A stretch of 35,962 nucleotides of DNA, taken from Terriglobia bacterium. GTDB lineage: Bacteria > Acidobacteriota > Terriglobia > UBA7540. The notes under the pieces are model-generated. The model was not told the DNA's origin. It did no database searches and worked only from the letters and a program-made list of their open reading frames with translations. Made by a program: the position numbers and the translations under genes. Positions 1-9,708 of this stretch are shown here, in pieces (position 1 is the first letter of the stretch; every line of letters starts with the position of its first letter). The stretch is taken from NCBI GenBank assembly GCA_049698675.1, contig JBAVYG010000735.1, positions 1 to 35,962 on the forward strand. Reading direction: 5' to 3'.

Positions 1-1
1 C

Positions 2-3000
2 GGCAGCGAACTCTTGACGAAAAAGGTCTTGGACCTGCTTGCTCCCGGGTCGGTTGAGCGGGCGACTGAAATGTTGAACCTGAAACTTCAGAGCGGTGCG
101 AGTACCCAGTATGAAATAGAACTGGTCGCCAAGGATGGTCGCCGGATTCCTATCGAAGTCAGCACCCGCTTGATCGAGAAAGAGGGCAAGGTCGTGGGAA
201 TACAAGGGTCGATCCGCGATATAAGTGAGCGGAAGAGAGCGCAAGAGGCGCTCCGGCGGCGTGACGCCATTCTGGAGGCGGTTAGTTTCGCCGCCCAGCG
301 GCTGTTGCTGGCGGCGGACTGGAAAGAGGCCATCGAAAGCGTGCTCGCCAGGTTGGGGCGGGCAACGGGGGTTAGCCGAGTGCACATCCTTGAGAATCAT
401 CGCGGCCGGAACGGGGAGTTGTTGGCAAGCCAACGATTTGAATGGGTGGCGCCGGGAATCGCCCCTGATATCAACAACCCAAAACTCCAAGGATTTCCCT
501 GGGAAGCCGGTGGCTTAGGGAGCTGGGCGACGGCTTTTCGCCAGGGGGAGGTGATTAAGTTCCGCGTCTCGGATCTGCCTCAACAACAACGCGCGCTGCT
601 CCCGCAGGGCATACGCTCTTTAATCGAGGTCCCTCTCTTTGCAGGAAGCGAGTGGTGGGGAAGCATCGGATTCCACGATTGTATAGACGAACGCCAATGG
701 TCCTCACCTGAGATGGAAGCGCTGCGCGCGGCGGGGGGAACTCTGGGCGCCGCCATCCACCGGCAACTTTCACAGGAAGCTCTGCGACTTGATGAGGCAC
801 GTCTCGAGGCTCTCCTGAAGCTCAGCCACATGTCAGAATTTTCTCCCCAGCAAATCGCCGACTTTGCGCTCGAGCAGGGAATCTTGCTCACCAAAAGCAA
901 GCACGGCTTGCTGACTCTCATCAACGAAGATGGATCGCTGCTGACCGTGCGCTCCTGCTCCGGAGCGGCCGTGGAGGGGTGCGCGAAGGACGAGAAGCAG
1001 AGACCGCACTCCGTGCCCAGCATCGGGTTGTGGGGAGAGGCGGTACAGCAGCGCAGGCCGGTCATCGTCAATGACTACTCGGCAGCTAACTCTCTCAAGC
1101 AAGGATATCCGGAAGGTCAGATCGACATCCTCCGCTTCATGAGCATCCCGGTACTTGACCATGAGAACGTTGTGGCCATTGCGGGTGTCGCCAACAAGGA
1201 CGATGGGTACGACGAGCCGGACGTACGGCAGTTGACGTTGCTGATGGATGGGATGTGGAAACTGATCCGGCAGAAGCGGGCCGAGGAAGCTGTGCGCGCG
1301 AGTGAGCAACGCTACCGCTTGTTGTTTGAGCGGAACATGGCGGGAGTTTTCCGCACCTCGCTGGACGGCCGGTTCATCGACTGCAACGAATCATTTGCGC
1401 AGATTCTTGGCTACTCCTCCCCGGCGGAAGTGCTCGGCCTTCGAGTGGAGGACTGTTATGACGTCGGAACGCGCGAAGTGCTCATTTCACGGCTGAAGGA
1501 GCACAAGGCCGTCGCTTCCTATGAGATTTGCATCCGTCGCAAAGACGGCAGTCGCGCCTGGCTATTGGAAAACTCCAGCCTGGTAGAGAATGGCAACGGT
1601 GCGAGTCCTGAGATCGAAGGCACCGTGATCGACATAACGGAAAGGAAACGCGCCGAAGAAGAATGGCGGCAGGCCAAAGAGGCCGCAGAAGCAGCCAATC
1701 GCGCCAAAAGCGAGTTCGTTGCCAATATGAGCCACGAAATCCGCACCCCCTTGAATGGCGTGATGGGCATGACGGAACTCGCCCTCGATACTCCTCTGAG
1801 CCCTGAACAACGTGAATACCTGGAAGCCATCAAGTCGTCCGGCGGTTCTTTGCTCAGCGTGGTCGATGACATCCTCGACTTCTCCAAGATCGAGGCCCGA
1901 AAGCTTGATTTGGATTCCGTGGAGTTTCGCTTGCTCGACACGCTGGGAGAGGCCTTTGAGCCGCTGGCGCTTCCTGCCCAGCAGAAGGGACTGGAGCTCT
2001 GTCTGGAGATCTCTCCCGCCGTTCCGGGCATACTCCAAGGTGATCCCGGGCGATTGCGACAGGTCATCGTCAACCTTCTGGGTAATGCCACCAAGTATAC
2101 GGACCAGGGGGAGGTTGTATTAACAGTCGAAAGGGAAACCGAGGAGCTGGGAAATCTGTGTTTGCATTTTTCCGTCCGAGACACTGGCATTGGGATTCCC
2201 CCTGAGAAGCACCAGGTGATATTTGAGCCCTTTGCCCAAGCCGATGGCTCGACAAAGCGGCGATTCGGTGGGACGGGGTTGGGGTTGACCATCTGCGCGA
2301 GACTGGTCGAGATGATGGGTGGGAAGATCTGGCTGGATAGCGAAGTGGGCAAGGGAAGCACGTTTCACTTTACCGCCTGCTTTCGCTCTACCGTGCCCCG
2401 CCTGGAAGAAGCACCGCCACCCAACCTTCGTGGCCTGCAAGTACTTGTCGTGGACGACAACCCCACTTGCCTTCGAATCCTGGGAAGTCTGCTCCGGCAA
2501 TGGAACGCCCAGCCGGCTCTGTGCGGAAGCGGCGGGGAGGCGCTTATCAAACTGGACCAGGCAAAACACCAGAAGAGACCTTTCGGCGTAGTCCTGCTGG
2601 ATGCGCGCCTGCCCGACCCAGATGGCTTTACCGTCGCCGAACGAATAAAGAACGACCCGGAGCTGGCTAAGGCTTCAGTGTTGCTGTTGAGCGGCTCCAC
2701 CCAGGGTGGAGACGTCGCGCTGTGCCAAGAATCGGGGATTGCGGCCTGTCTGACAAAACCGGTATTTGCGCCGGAACTTCTGAATGCAATCCTGCGCGCC
2801 TCCGGCACGGTACAGGAGCAGGCGGCGGAAGCGACAGGACCTGAGGGACCTCCGCAGCCGAAAGCCACCCGCAAGTTGCGGATACTCCTCGTGGAGGATA
2901 ACCAGGTGAATCGCAATCTTGTGACCCGCTTGCTCGGCAAGCAGGGACACAACGTGGTGGTGGCACGCAACGGCCGGGAAGCAGTGGCGGCGGTGCAGCA

Positions 3001-3664
3001 CGGCTCTGGGGGTGTATTTGACCTGATCCTGATGGATGTGCAGATGCCGGACATGGATGGTTTCGAGACTACGGCGGCCATCCGAGCGCGCGAATTGTTG
3101 ACGGGCGGACGTGTGCCGATCGTTGCGGTCACCGCACATGCGATGAAGGGCGACCGGGAACGCTGCCTTGCGGCCGGGATGGATGGGTACCTGTCAAAAC
3201 CCATACGGGTGAAGGAACTGCTTGACCTCTTGCGCGAATATGAGGCGCTACCCGGCCAGACCTCAGAGGTCTCTCATCCACATGAGCAAGAGGAATGTCG
3301 GCATGTGGGCGACGATGGTGAACATGTGGATAGGGGCGCCCTTATGGAGCGCCTCGGTGGCGACTCGCAGCTTTTGAGCGAACTCATCGAAATTTACTTG
3401 AGCGAAAGCCCTTCCTTGCTGGCGGCGGCCCAACGAGCCCTTCAAGAGAAGAATGGGCAAGATCTGGCGCGGGCGGCTCACACCATTAAGGGCTCAGCCG
3501 GCAATTTCGTTGCCCGAGCCACCCTCGAGACGGCGGAGCGGCTGGAGGCGTTTGCCGAGCAGGGAGATTTCTCGCGCGCCCAGGAAGCGATGGGTGCGTT
3601 GGAGCGGGAAATGGCGCGCCTTGACCGTGCCCTCATTGCGTTACGTGGAGTGACTGTACCCTGA
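2..3664 (+). CDS. Hybrid sensor histidine kinase (PAS-GAF-GAF-PAS-HisKA-HATPase-REC-REC-HPt), 5'-truncated at window edge
   Basis: The frame is open to the window edge upstream of the TTG at 14. H-box 'MSHEIRTPLNG'. ATPase boxes 'DTGIGI' and 'GGTGLGL'. Two receivers ('VVLLDARLPDPDG...LTKP' and 'LILMDVQMPDMDG...LSKP'). C-terminal HPt 'AHTIKGSAGNF'. Confidence 0.9.
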   Translation, partial: GSELLTKKVLDLLAPGSVERATEMLNLKLQSGASTQYEIELVAKDGRRIPIEVSTRLIEKEGKVVGIQGSIRDISERKRAQEALRRRDAILEAVSFAAQRLLLAADWKEAIESVLARLGRATGVSRVHILENHRGRNGELLASQRFEWVAPGIAPDINNPKLQGFPWEAGGLGSWATAFRQGEVIKFRVSDLPQQQRALLPQGIRSLIEVPLFAGSEWWGSIGFHDCIDERQWSSPEMEALRAAGGTLGAAIHRQLSQEALRLDEARLEALLKLSHMSEFSPQQIADFALEQGILLTKSKHGLLTLINEDGSLLTVRSCSGAAVEGCAKDEKQRPHSVPSIGLWGEAVQQRRPVIVNDYSAANSLKQGYPEGQIDILRFMSIPVLDHENVVAIAGVANKDDGYDEPDVRQLTLLMDGMWKLIRQKRAEEAVRASEQRYRLLFERNMAGVFRTSLDGRFIDCNESFAQILGYSSPAEVLGLRVEDCYDVGTREVLISRLKEHKAVASYEICIRRKDGSRAWLLENSSLVENGNGASPEIEGTVIDITERKRAEEEWRQAKEAAEAANRAKSEFVANMSHEIRTPLNGVMGMTELALDTPLSPEQREYLEAIKSSGGSLLSVVDDILDFSKIEARKLDLDSVEFRLLDTLGEAFEPLALPAQQKGLELCLEISPAVPGILQGDPGRLRQVIVNLLGNATKYTDQGEVVLTVERETEELGNLCLHFSVRDTGIGIPPEKHQVIFEPFAQADGSTKRRFGGTGLGLTICARLVEMMGGKIWLDSEVGKGSTFHFTACFRSTVPRLEEAPPPNLRGLQVLVVDDNPTCLRILGSLLRQWNAQPALCGSGGEALIKLDQAKHQKRPFGVVLLDARLPDPDGFTVAERIKNDPELAKASVLLLSGSTQGGDVALCQESGIAACLTKPVFAPELLNAILRASGTVQEQAAEATGPEGPPQPKATRKLRILLVEDNQVNRNLVTRLLGKQGHNVVVARNGREAVAAVQHGSGGVFDLILMDVQMPDMDGFETTAAIRARELLTGGRVPIVAVTAHAMKGDRERCLAAGMDGYLSKPIRVKELLDLLREYEALPGQTSEVSHPHEQEECRHVGDDGEHVDRGALMERLGGDSQLLSELIEIYLSESPSLLAAAQRALQEKNGQDLARAAHTIKGSAGNFVARATLETAERLEAFAEQGDFSRAQEAMGALEREMARLDRALIALRGVTVP

Positions 3665-3676
3665 GAATACTGGGCG

Positions 3677-4609
3677 ATGCGGAAAGGAGATAAGACTACG
3701 AGAATACTTGTTGCTGAAGATGACCCTCTTTTTCTCCGCCTCCTCCAGGCTTGCCTGGTCGAGTGGGGGTACAAAGTGACGAGTGTAAGGAATGGTCAAA
3801 AGGCCTTGGAAGTCCTTCAAGGCCGTGAGGCGCCACGGCTCGCCATCCTTAACTGGATAATGCCGGGCATGAACGGCATCGACATTTGCCGCGAGATTAG
3901 GAAGCGGACCAGAAAGCCCTACACCTACATCTTGATGTCAACGGCGAAGGTAAAGAAGCAGGACATCGTTGAGGGTTTGCAATCCGGCGCGGACGACTAC
4001 CTGATCAGGCCCTACAACCCTCACGAACTGCGCGCGCGCTTGCGCGCGGGAAGGCGAATCCTGGACCTGCTGGAGCAGCTTCTCTCGGCCTATCGTCTGA
4101 TCGAAGCTCAAATGACCGTCGATCCGCTGACCGGCGTCTGGAGCCGCAGAGTGATTCTGGATATCCTGAAGCGCCAGCTCACTCTTTCATCTCAAAGCGA
4201 TTCCCCCATGAGTCTGGTGATCGCGAATATTGACCACTTCCGGGACATCAATGCCAGCTTCGGCCCACTCGCCGGGGATGCGGTCCTGCGGGAAGTTGGG
4301 AGAAGGTTTCGCGCCGCCCTGCGCCCGCCCGATTCGATCGGCCGATCTGAAGCGGACGAGTTCGTGATGGTCCTGCCGGGATGCGACGCGCCCACGGCTG
4401 CAAGCCTGGCGGAAAAGTGCCGGGCCCGAGTTGACCGGCGCGCTGTTGACACCTCCGAGGGCATGGTCCCGGTGACGGCAAGCCTCGGTGTTATGGTGAC
4501 CCCGTCGGAGAAGGCGCTGGATTTGGATGCGGCCTGGCGCTTGGCCACTGAGGCCGTCTCGCGCGCCCAACCAAAGGGGCGCAAGCGCGTGGAGTTCGCG
4601 ACGCTCTGA
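3677..4609 (+). CDS. Receiver-GGDEF protein with degenerate phospho-acceptor and degenerate active site (likely non-catalytic, I-site retained)
   Basis: REC fold ('RILVAEDD', 'MPGMNG'), but Asn59 replaces the acceptor Asp ('AILNWIMPG') and Arg111 replaces the conserved Lys ('DYLIRPY'). The GGDEF-domain fold is present ('DPLTGVWSRR'), but the motif reads 'EADEF' (4349-4363). An RxxD 'RPPD' sits 5 residues upstream. The gene starts 13 nt after the kinase stop. Confidence 0.85.
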   Translation: MRKGDKTTRILVAEDDPLFLRLLQACLVEWGYKVTSVRNGQKALEVLQGREAPRLAILNWIMPGMNGIDICREIRKRTRKPYTYILMSTAKVKKQDIVEGLQSGADDYLIRPYNPHELRARLRAGRRILDLLEQLLSAYRLIEAQMTVDPLTGVWSRRVILDILKRQLTLSSQSDSPMSLVIANIDHFRDINASFGPLAGDAVLREVGRRFRAALRPPDSIGRSEADEFVMVLPGCDAPTAASLAEKCRARVDRRAVDTSEGMVPVTASLGVMVTPSEKALDLDAAWRLATEAVSRAQPKGRKRVEFATL

Positions 4610-4837
4610 AGTCAGGAGGCTGCCGGCTTGGGGGTTTCCAGTGTTATCTGCTGCCCTATTTCACTCGGCCGGCGTCAGAAGCTTTCCTGCGGAACACGGG
4701 CCTGCACAATTTACTTCTGCGGGTCGATCGACACCCACCGCCCCATCGATAAGGATGGAGACAAGAAGAAGCGCCCGCAGCACCTGCCCGCGTGTCCCCT
4801 CCCCAGTCGGCCCGCATTCGCACTCATCATCCGGCAA

Positions 4838-7141
4838 CTATTCCAGCCGTTCCAGGATTACCAGGGTGCCGTCGTAGTCTCCGGTGAGATTCAGATTCAG
4901 CCCGTGGCGCATCAGATAGGCGCCGCTCAAAGCTTCCTGCTTTTCAACGAGCTTGCCATCAAGCGGCTTCACCCGGTACGTCGCGTTTTCATCAAGCCCG
5001 CGCAAGCGGACGGTGGGAGCCGGGCGCAGGTATTGCTGGGAGTGGAGGAATGCGAACAAAACCGCCTGCTTTCCGTCAGCGGAGACGTATTGATTCGCCG
5101 TCAGCCCACCCTGGCGGGGAGAGAACAAGCGGTAGAGGTCCCCTTCTTGCACCGTTTCGCGGATGCTCTTGTAGGTGCCGATCATGCGGGTGGCGAGAGC
5201 AAAATCCTCTGCTGTCCACTTGTTCAGGTCGGCCCCGACGCCCAGCGCCCCCTGCATCGCCACCAGGAAACGGAATTCGAGCGGCGTAGAGCGCCCGTTC
5301 AGATTAGGAACATCGGTAACCCAAGCCGACATGACCTTGGAGGTGTATGCGTAGCTGAAGCCCTCCTGGATTCCCAGGCGATCGAAGGCCTCAGTATTAT
5401 CGGAAGTCCAGACGATGTTGACGCGTTCCAGAATGCCCAGGTCCACGCGCCCGCCGCCTCCGGAGCAGGCCTCAATTTCAAGGTTCGGGTGCTTGGCGCG
5501 CAAGCGGTCGATGATCTCGTACAGGTTGCGAACGTACTTCACCCAGATTTCCTTTTGCTCCGCCATGGGAACTTCCGCCCAGCCCGGCTCACCGAAATGC
5601 CTGTTCATGTCCCATTTGATGTACCTGATGTTGTTCTCGGAAAGCATCTTGTCGAGCACACCGAAGATGTATTCCTTCACATCCTCGCGGGCCATGTTAA
5701 GAACAAGCTGGTTGCGAGCCTCGCTGCGCGGACGTCCCGGAAAGTTCGTCGCCCAGTCGGGGTGATGGCGGTAGAGGTCGCTGTCAGGGTTCACCATTTC
5801 CGGCTCGAACCACAGGCCGAAATCCATGCCCAAGCTGTTCACGTAAGCGATGAGCGGCTGTAGGCCGTGGGGGAACTTTTGCGGATTCACGTACCAGTCG
5901 CCCAGGCCGGCGTGGTCATCGTTGCGCTTGCCGAACCAGCCGTCGTCCATCACGAAAAGCTCCACGCCGAGTTTCGCGGCCTTCTCCGCCAAGGCCTTCT
6001 GTCCTGGCTCGTTCACGTCAAAGGTGGTTGCCTCCCAGGAGTTGTAGAGCACCGGCCGCACATGCGGATGGGCGTGGTCGGGAAGAATTTGGTTGCGCTC
6101 AAAACAGTGCATCAGCCGCGAGGCTTCACCGAACCCGCGACTGCTGAAGCCACCGTAGTAAGGCGGCGTGCTCAGGCTCTCGCCCGGCTTGAGCGGCCAA
6201 GCGAAGTCAAAGTCGTTGTAGCCGCCGGTCACCCGCACCTGGTGGGCGGCAGGCGTGTCCTCCACCACCAGTTTCCAGTTGCCGCTCCAGCCGAGGGCGC
6301 CGAACCACACGCGGCCGTGTTCCTCATCGGCCTTCCCTCCTTCGTCAATGGCGAACCAGGGATTCAATTGGTGGCTGGTGTTGCCGCGGCGGCTTTCCAG
6401 CACCTTCTCGCCGGGATGAAGGGGTTCCTGCACCAGTTGTGTCTCGCCCGCCCAGCGCCCGGTGAGATAGCTGAGCCGATAACCTTCCCCTGCGGGCACG
6501 TACCAGACCCCCGACTGCGCGCTCTCCACAGTCACGACCTGCGGCGTCCGATTCTCAATTTCCGCCTGCTTGCGGATGATGTCTTCTTTAGGAAACACCT
6601 TGTAGGTGAGTCTTACAAACAGGTCATATTGAATATCCTTCAGACGGATTTCCAGCGTGTCGCCGTGGATCTCGTGACTGGCGTATTTCAACACCAAGTC
6701 GCGGACGCCCGATGCCAGCGTCACCTTCAAGGCGGGCTCGTTGTAATACCGGCCGCCCCATCCGGGGTATTCAAGATTGCTCATGCCTTCCTGGGATTCA
6801 AAGGAGTTGAATTCAGGGCGCAGACGCGCGGCGGAAAGGTCGTGGTCGCTCCCGAGTTTCCCGCCCCAGTAAATTGTTTGCAGCTCGTCGCGTTCATTGA
6901 GCCCCATCACATAGGAGGTTTGCTCGGTCGTGAGGACCCACAAGCGTAAATTGGCGACATAACGCACCGGCGCGGCGCCTATCGTCCCCTCCCCGCAAGC
7001 CCGGCCGGGCGCGAGCATCATGGCAACCATCAGTGCCCCAAGCATAACGGCTTTACCCAATCTTTCCGTGCGTGGCGACGAGGCGGGGACCGCGTCGCTT
7101 GCGGGCTCCTGGCGTTCTGTTTCAACTTCCGTGGCTTTCAT
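4838..7141 (-). CDS. Alpha-galactosidase, glycoside hydrolase family 36 (secreted or membrane-anchored)
   Basis: GH36 signatures 'FVMDDGWFGKRNDDHAGLGDW', 'IKWDMNR' and 'EACSGGGGRVD'. Hydrophobic N-terminal segment 'AVMLGALMVAMMLAPGRA'. A GGAGG lies 5 nt upstream of the ATG at 7141. Confidence 0.85.
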   Translation of the reverse strand: MKATEVETERQEPASDAVPASSPRTERLGKAVMLGALMVAMMLAPGRACGEGTIGAAPVRYVANLRLWVLTTEQTSYVMGLNERDELQTIYWGGKLGSDHDLSAARLRPEFNSFESQEGMSNLEYPGWGGRYYNEPALKVTLASGVRDLVLKYASHEIHGDTLEIRLKDIQYDLFVRLTYKVFPKEDIIRKQAEIENRTPQVVTVESAQSGVWYVPAGEGYRLSYLTGRWAGETQLVQEPLHPGEKVLESRRGNTSHQLNPWFAIDEGGKADEEHGRVWFGALGWSGNWKLVVEDTPAAHQVRVTGGYNDFDFAWPLKPGESLSTPPYYGGFSSRGFGEASRLMHCFERNQILPDHAHPHVRPVLYNSWEATTFDVNEPGQKALAEKAAKLGVELFVMDDGWFGKRNDDHAGLGDWYVNPQKFPHGLQPLIAYVNSLGMDFGLWFEPEMVNPDSDLYRHHPDWATNFPGRPRSEARNQLVLNMAREDVKEYIFGVLDKMLSENNIRYIKWDMNRHFGEPGWAEVPMAEQKEIWVKYVRNLYEIIDRLRAKHPNLEIEACSGGGGRVDLGILERVNIVWTSDNTEAFDRLGIQEGFSYAYTSKVMSAWVTDVPNLNGRSTPLEFRFLVAMQGALGVGADLNKWTAEDFALATRMIGTYKSIRETVQEGDLYRLFSPRQGGLTANQYVSADGKQAVLFAFLHSQQYLRPAPTVRLRGLDENATYRVKPLDGKLVEKQEALSGAYLMRHGLNLNLTGDYDGTLVILERLE

Positions 7142-7502
7142 GGATTCCTCCTGGAGAAGGTGACAATCTGCGTGAATTCACTTAGGAAATACCCGGCCCG
7201 AAATCCCCTCGCTCCAATATCTTTCACATTATAAACCAGTTGTTGCACTATTGCGTTACGCATAAGTAATACTAGGAGTCGTGCCTGCCCTATTGTGCCA
7301 GGCGCCCACGAGGAGTGCCCCTCCGCTAATCGCAACGCGGTGATGGATGGAGGGTCAATTTCGCTCTGGCGCGTTTCGAGGATGCGGCTTAGAATCTACC
7401 TGTGGAGTTCTGAGCGCCGTCCTGAGCGTATTTGAACTGAAAGCGAACCCGGCCGGGAACCTCGGTGGGCCGGGGCGGGCGCCCATACTACTCTATTAGG
7501 CG

Positions 7503-7712
7503 ATGAGCAAGGCTGTGGACACACCTGCGGTGAAACCGCCGGCTGGATCCTGCCAGCACAAATGGCAAAACCAGGAAAGTCCCTTCATCCTGGCGCAGGT
7601 CTGCGCCCTTTGTCGATTGTTCCGGTACAAGGCAGGCTTGACGGCAGATTGGGAATATAGGGCTCCCATTCCCATCGGGGAGCTTCCCCCCGAAGAGCAA
7701 ACGCAAGTCTGA
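7503..7712 (+). CDS. Possible small Cys/His-containing protein (69 aa), hypothetical
   Basis: ATG-started ORF in an otherwise gene-free 750-bp gap. Third-position GC is about 65% by my count. It has a 'CQHKW...CALC' knuckle-like motif. There is no clear SD, and an antisense ORF overlaps it. Confidence 0.25.
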   Translation: MSKAVDTPAVKPPAGSCQHKWQNQESPFILAQVCALCRLFRYKAGLTADWEYRAPIPIGELPPEEQTQV

Positions 7713-7893
7713 AGCTCGTTTTGCTGGACACACCACTAGTCTAGTAACCACGCTTCTTACCCAGCACGCTGCGTCGGAGCAAGTAGAGCGACGCCGCGGC
7801 CTTCGGCAACCAGCTATCCTGCCCGCGCTTAAGACCGGCAATCCCTGGGGTCGCTGTGATATACTGTGAGGAAACATAATTGAAGGGTGCTAC

Positions 7894-9570
7894 ATGAAAA
7901 CCTGCCCCACATGCCAGGGAAGCTACCCCAATGACTACGCAGTGTGCCCGCAGGATGGCTCGGCGCTTCAAGATGTTGGTATCTGGACCGAAGGGAGCGT
8001 CATCCGCGGGAAGTATCGCATTCTGAGCAAAGTGGGCCAAGGAGGAATGGGAGCGGTTTATAAGGCTTTGCACCTGGCGTTCGACGAATTGCGCGCCCTC
8101 AAAGTGATCGCTCCGGGGATCCTGCACGACCAACTTTTCGTGAGGCGGTTTAGACAGGAGGCCGTAATCACTCGCAAGCTCCAGCATCCCAATGCCGTGC
8201 GGGTGGACGATATTGACGAAGCCGAGGACGGCCGGCCTTTCATCGTCATGGAGTTCATCCAGGGCAAGAGCCTGAAGAAAGTCATTGAGGAAGAAGGACC
8301 ACTGCGCGTACCCCGCGTTTGCTCGATTATCAAACAGGTGGCCTCGGCCCTGGACGCAGCCCACCGCCTTGGGATGGTGCATCGGGATATCAAGCCGGAT
8401 AACATCGCGCTGATTGAAAGGCCGGAAGGTGAGCTGGTGAAGGTGCTTGATTTCGGTATTGCCAAGATGAAGGAGGCACGCGTTGGCGAGGCGTCAAGCA
8501 TGACGCTAACAGGGACGGGAATGGTGATCGGGACGCCGCAATATATTTCCCCCGAGCAGGCGCTGGGGAAGCGCGGAGACGAACTCGATGGGCGCTCGGA
8601 CCTTTATTCGCTCGGTGTGGTCATGTATGAGATGCTGACAGCCGCTCTTCCCTTCAAAGCCGAAACTACCATGGAAATGCTGCTGGCCCACCTGCAGCAG
8701 CCGCCGAGGCCCATCCCCACACTCCGCCCGGAGTTGCAAATACCCGAGCCAATTGTCCGCTTGGCAATGCGCCTGCTCGAAAAAGACCCTGCCCAGCGCC
8801 CCGCGAGTGCCAAGGCTCTGATCGAAGAAGTCGAAGCTGCGGAGAAGGGAAATGCATCTCCGGGCGCGAGGTGGGCTAAGCAACCGACCGAAGTCACATC
8901 ACGGGAGGAAATTCGAGCCGCACCAGAGGCGGTCCGTTCAGTTCCCGAGAAGGGCCAGGCCGCCCTCGTTAGCACTCTTGTTCCGGCCTCGGCTCACCCT
9001 GTTCAACCTCAGGTTGTTACCTCCCGCACACCGGTGCCGGTCGTATTACCGACGCCGCAGCCAGAGAAACAATCCCACTGGGGAATCTGGGTTGGGATCG
9101 CAATCCTGCTGGTAGGCCTGGGCGGAGGAGGCTGGTATACCCTGTCTCGGCATTCATCCTCACTTAGCACAACTCCTGTTTCCACAACATCCGGCCAAGG
9201 AGGGGGGACATCGCCGCAGACCTCGAGTCAGCCGCCCGCCCCTGAGCAAAATCCGCCCGTTCCTGAGTCCCCACAGGGGAAAACTTCCGGTGGCCAGCGG
9301 ATTCGACCTGAAGAAGCGCGCACGGCTTCTGAAACTCCGACGAGTAATGTCAATATAGCCCCTACGGGGACAGCCGCTTCGGTAGTGGACCCGAAGAAGA
9401 TCAAGGCTGCCATCACCTTGGGGGATTTTTACCTCAAAGATGGAAAATATGACGACGCCATCAAGGCTTACCAGGAAGGTTTGAATCTCGATCCTTCAAA
9501 CGCTGACCTGCGTAGCAAAATGGAACGAGCGGAGAAAGCCAAGGCTGCGGAAGAGAGACTTTTGAAGTAA
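7894..9570 (+). CDS. Serine/threonine protein kinase with N-terminal zinc ribbon, one TM segment and C-terminal TPR
   Basis: 'CPTCQG...CPQDG' ribbon. Hanks kinase motifs 'GQGGMGAVYKA', 'HRDIKPDN', 'DFGIAK' and 'GTPQYISPEQ'. TM segment 'WGIWVGIAILLVGLGGGGWY'. TPR-like tail 'YDDAIKAYQEGLNLDPSNADL'. Confidence 0.9.
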   Translation: MKTCPTCQGSYPNDYAVCPQDGSALQDVGIWTEGSVIRGKYRILSKVGQGGMGAVYKALHLAFDELRALKVIAPGILHDQLFVRRFRQEAVITRKLQHPNAVRVDDIDEAEDGRPFIVMEFIQGKSLKKVIEEEGPLRVPRVCSIIKQVASALDAAHRLGMVHRDIKPDNIALIERPEGELVKVLDFGIAKMKEARVGEASSMTLTGTGMVIGTPQYISPEQALGKRGDELDGRSDLYSLGVVMYEMLTAALPFKAETTMEMLLAHLQQPPRPIPTLRPELQIPEPIVRLAMRLLEKDPAQRPASAKALIEEVEAAEKGNASPGARWAKQPTEVTSREEIRAAPEAVRSVPEKGQAALVSTLVPASAHPVQPQVVTSRTPVPVVLPTPQPEKQSHWGIWVGIAILLVGLGGGGWYTLSRHSSSLSTTPVSTTSGQGGGTSPQTSSQPPAPEQNPPVPESPQGKTSGGQRIRPEEARTASETPTSNVNIAPTGTAASVVDPKKIKAAITLGDFYLKDGKYDDAIKAYQEGLNLDPSNADLRSKMERAEKAKAAEERLLK

Positions 9571-9626
9571 GTGGTTGACAGGTGAGATCGTGTACTTTCC
9601 TCACTTGGACGCACCAACGACGGCCC

Positions 9627-9655
9627 TTGACTGCTCGGACTAGTCGGGCTATAAA
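9627..9655 (+). promoter_or_regulatory. Putative sigma70-type promoter (TTGACT-17 nt-TATAAA) for the PEGA/PDZ gene
   Basis: TTGACT at 9627-9632, a 17-nt spacer, then TATAAA at 9650-9655. This is a pattern match only. Confidence 0.3.
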
Positions 9656-9708
9656 AGCCATAGGTGCCAAGCTCAAGAGATTCGCATCGTCAAAGCAGGT
9701 TTCGCGAA

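Noticed and set aside
88-3774. Many minus-strand and alternate-frame ORFs (up to 280 aa) inside the hybrid kinase gene
   Set aside because: These are shadow ORFs. The plus-strand frame shows continuous PAS/GAF/HisKA/HATPase/REC/HPt motifs.
4628-6949. Long plus-strand ORFs (411 aa and 360 aa) overlapping the GH36 gene
   Set aside because: These are antisense shadow ORFs typical of high-GC DNA. The translations are Arg/Ala/Gly/Val-rich with no recognisable motifs, whereas the minus strand carries clear GH36 signatures.
7488-8382. Minus-strand ORFs 7488-7877 and 7741-8382
   Set aside because: The second overlaps the kinase catalytic domain in antisense. The first is Arg/Cys-rich with no features and conflicts with the somewhat better plus-strand small ORF.
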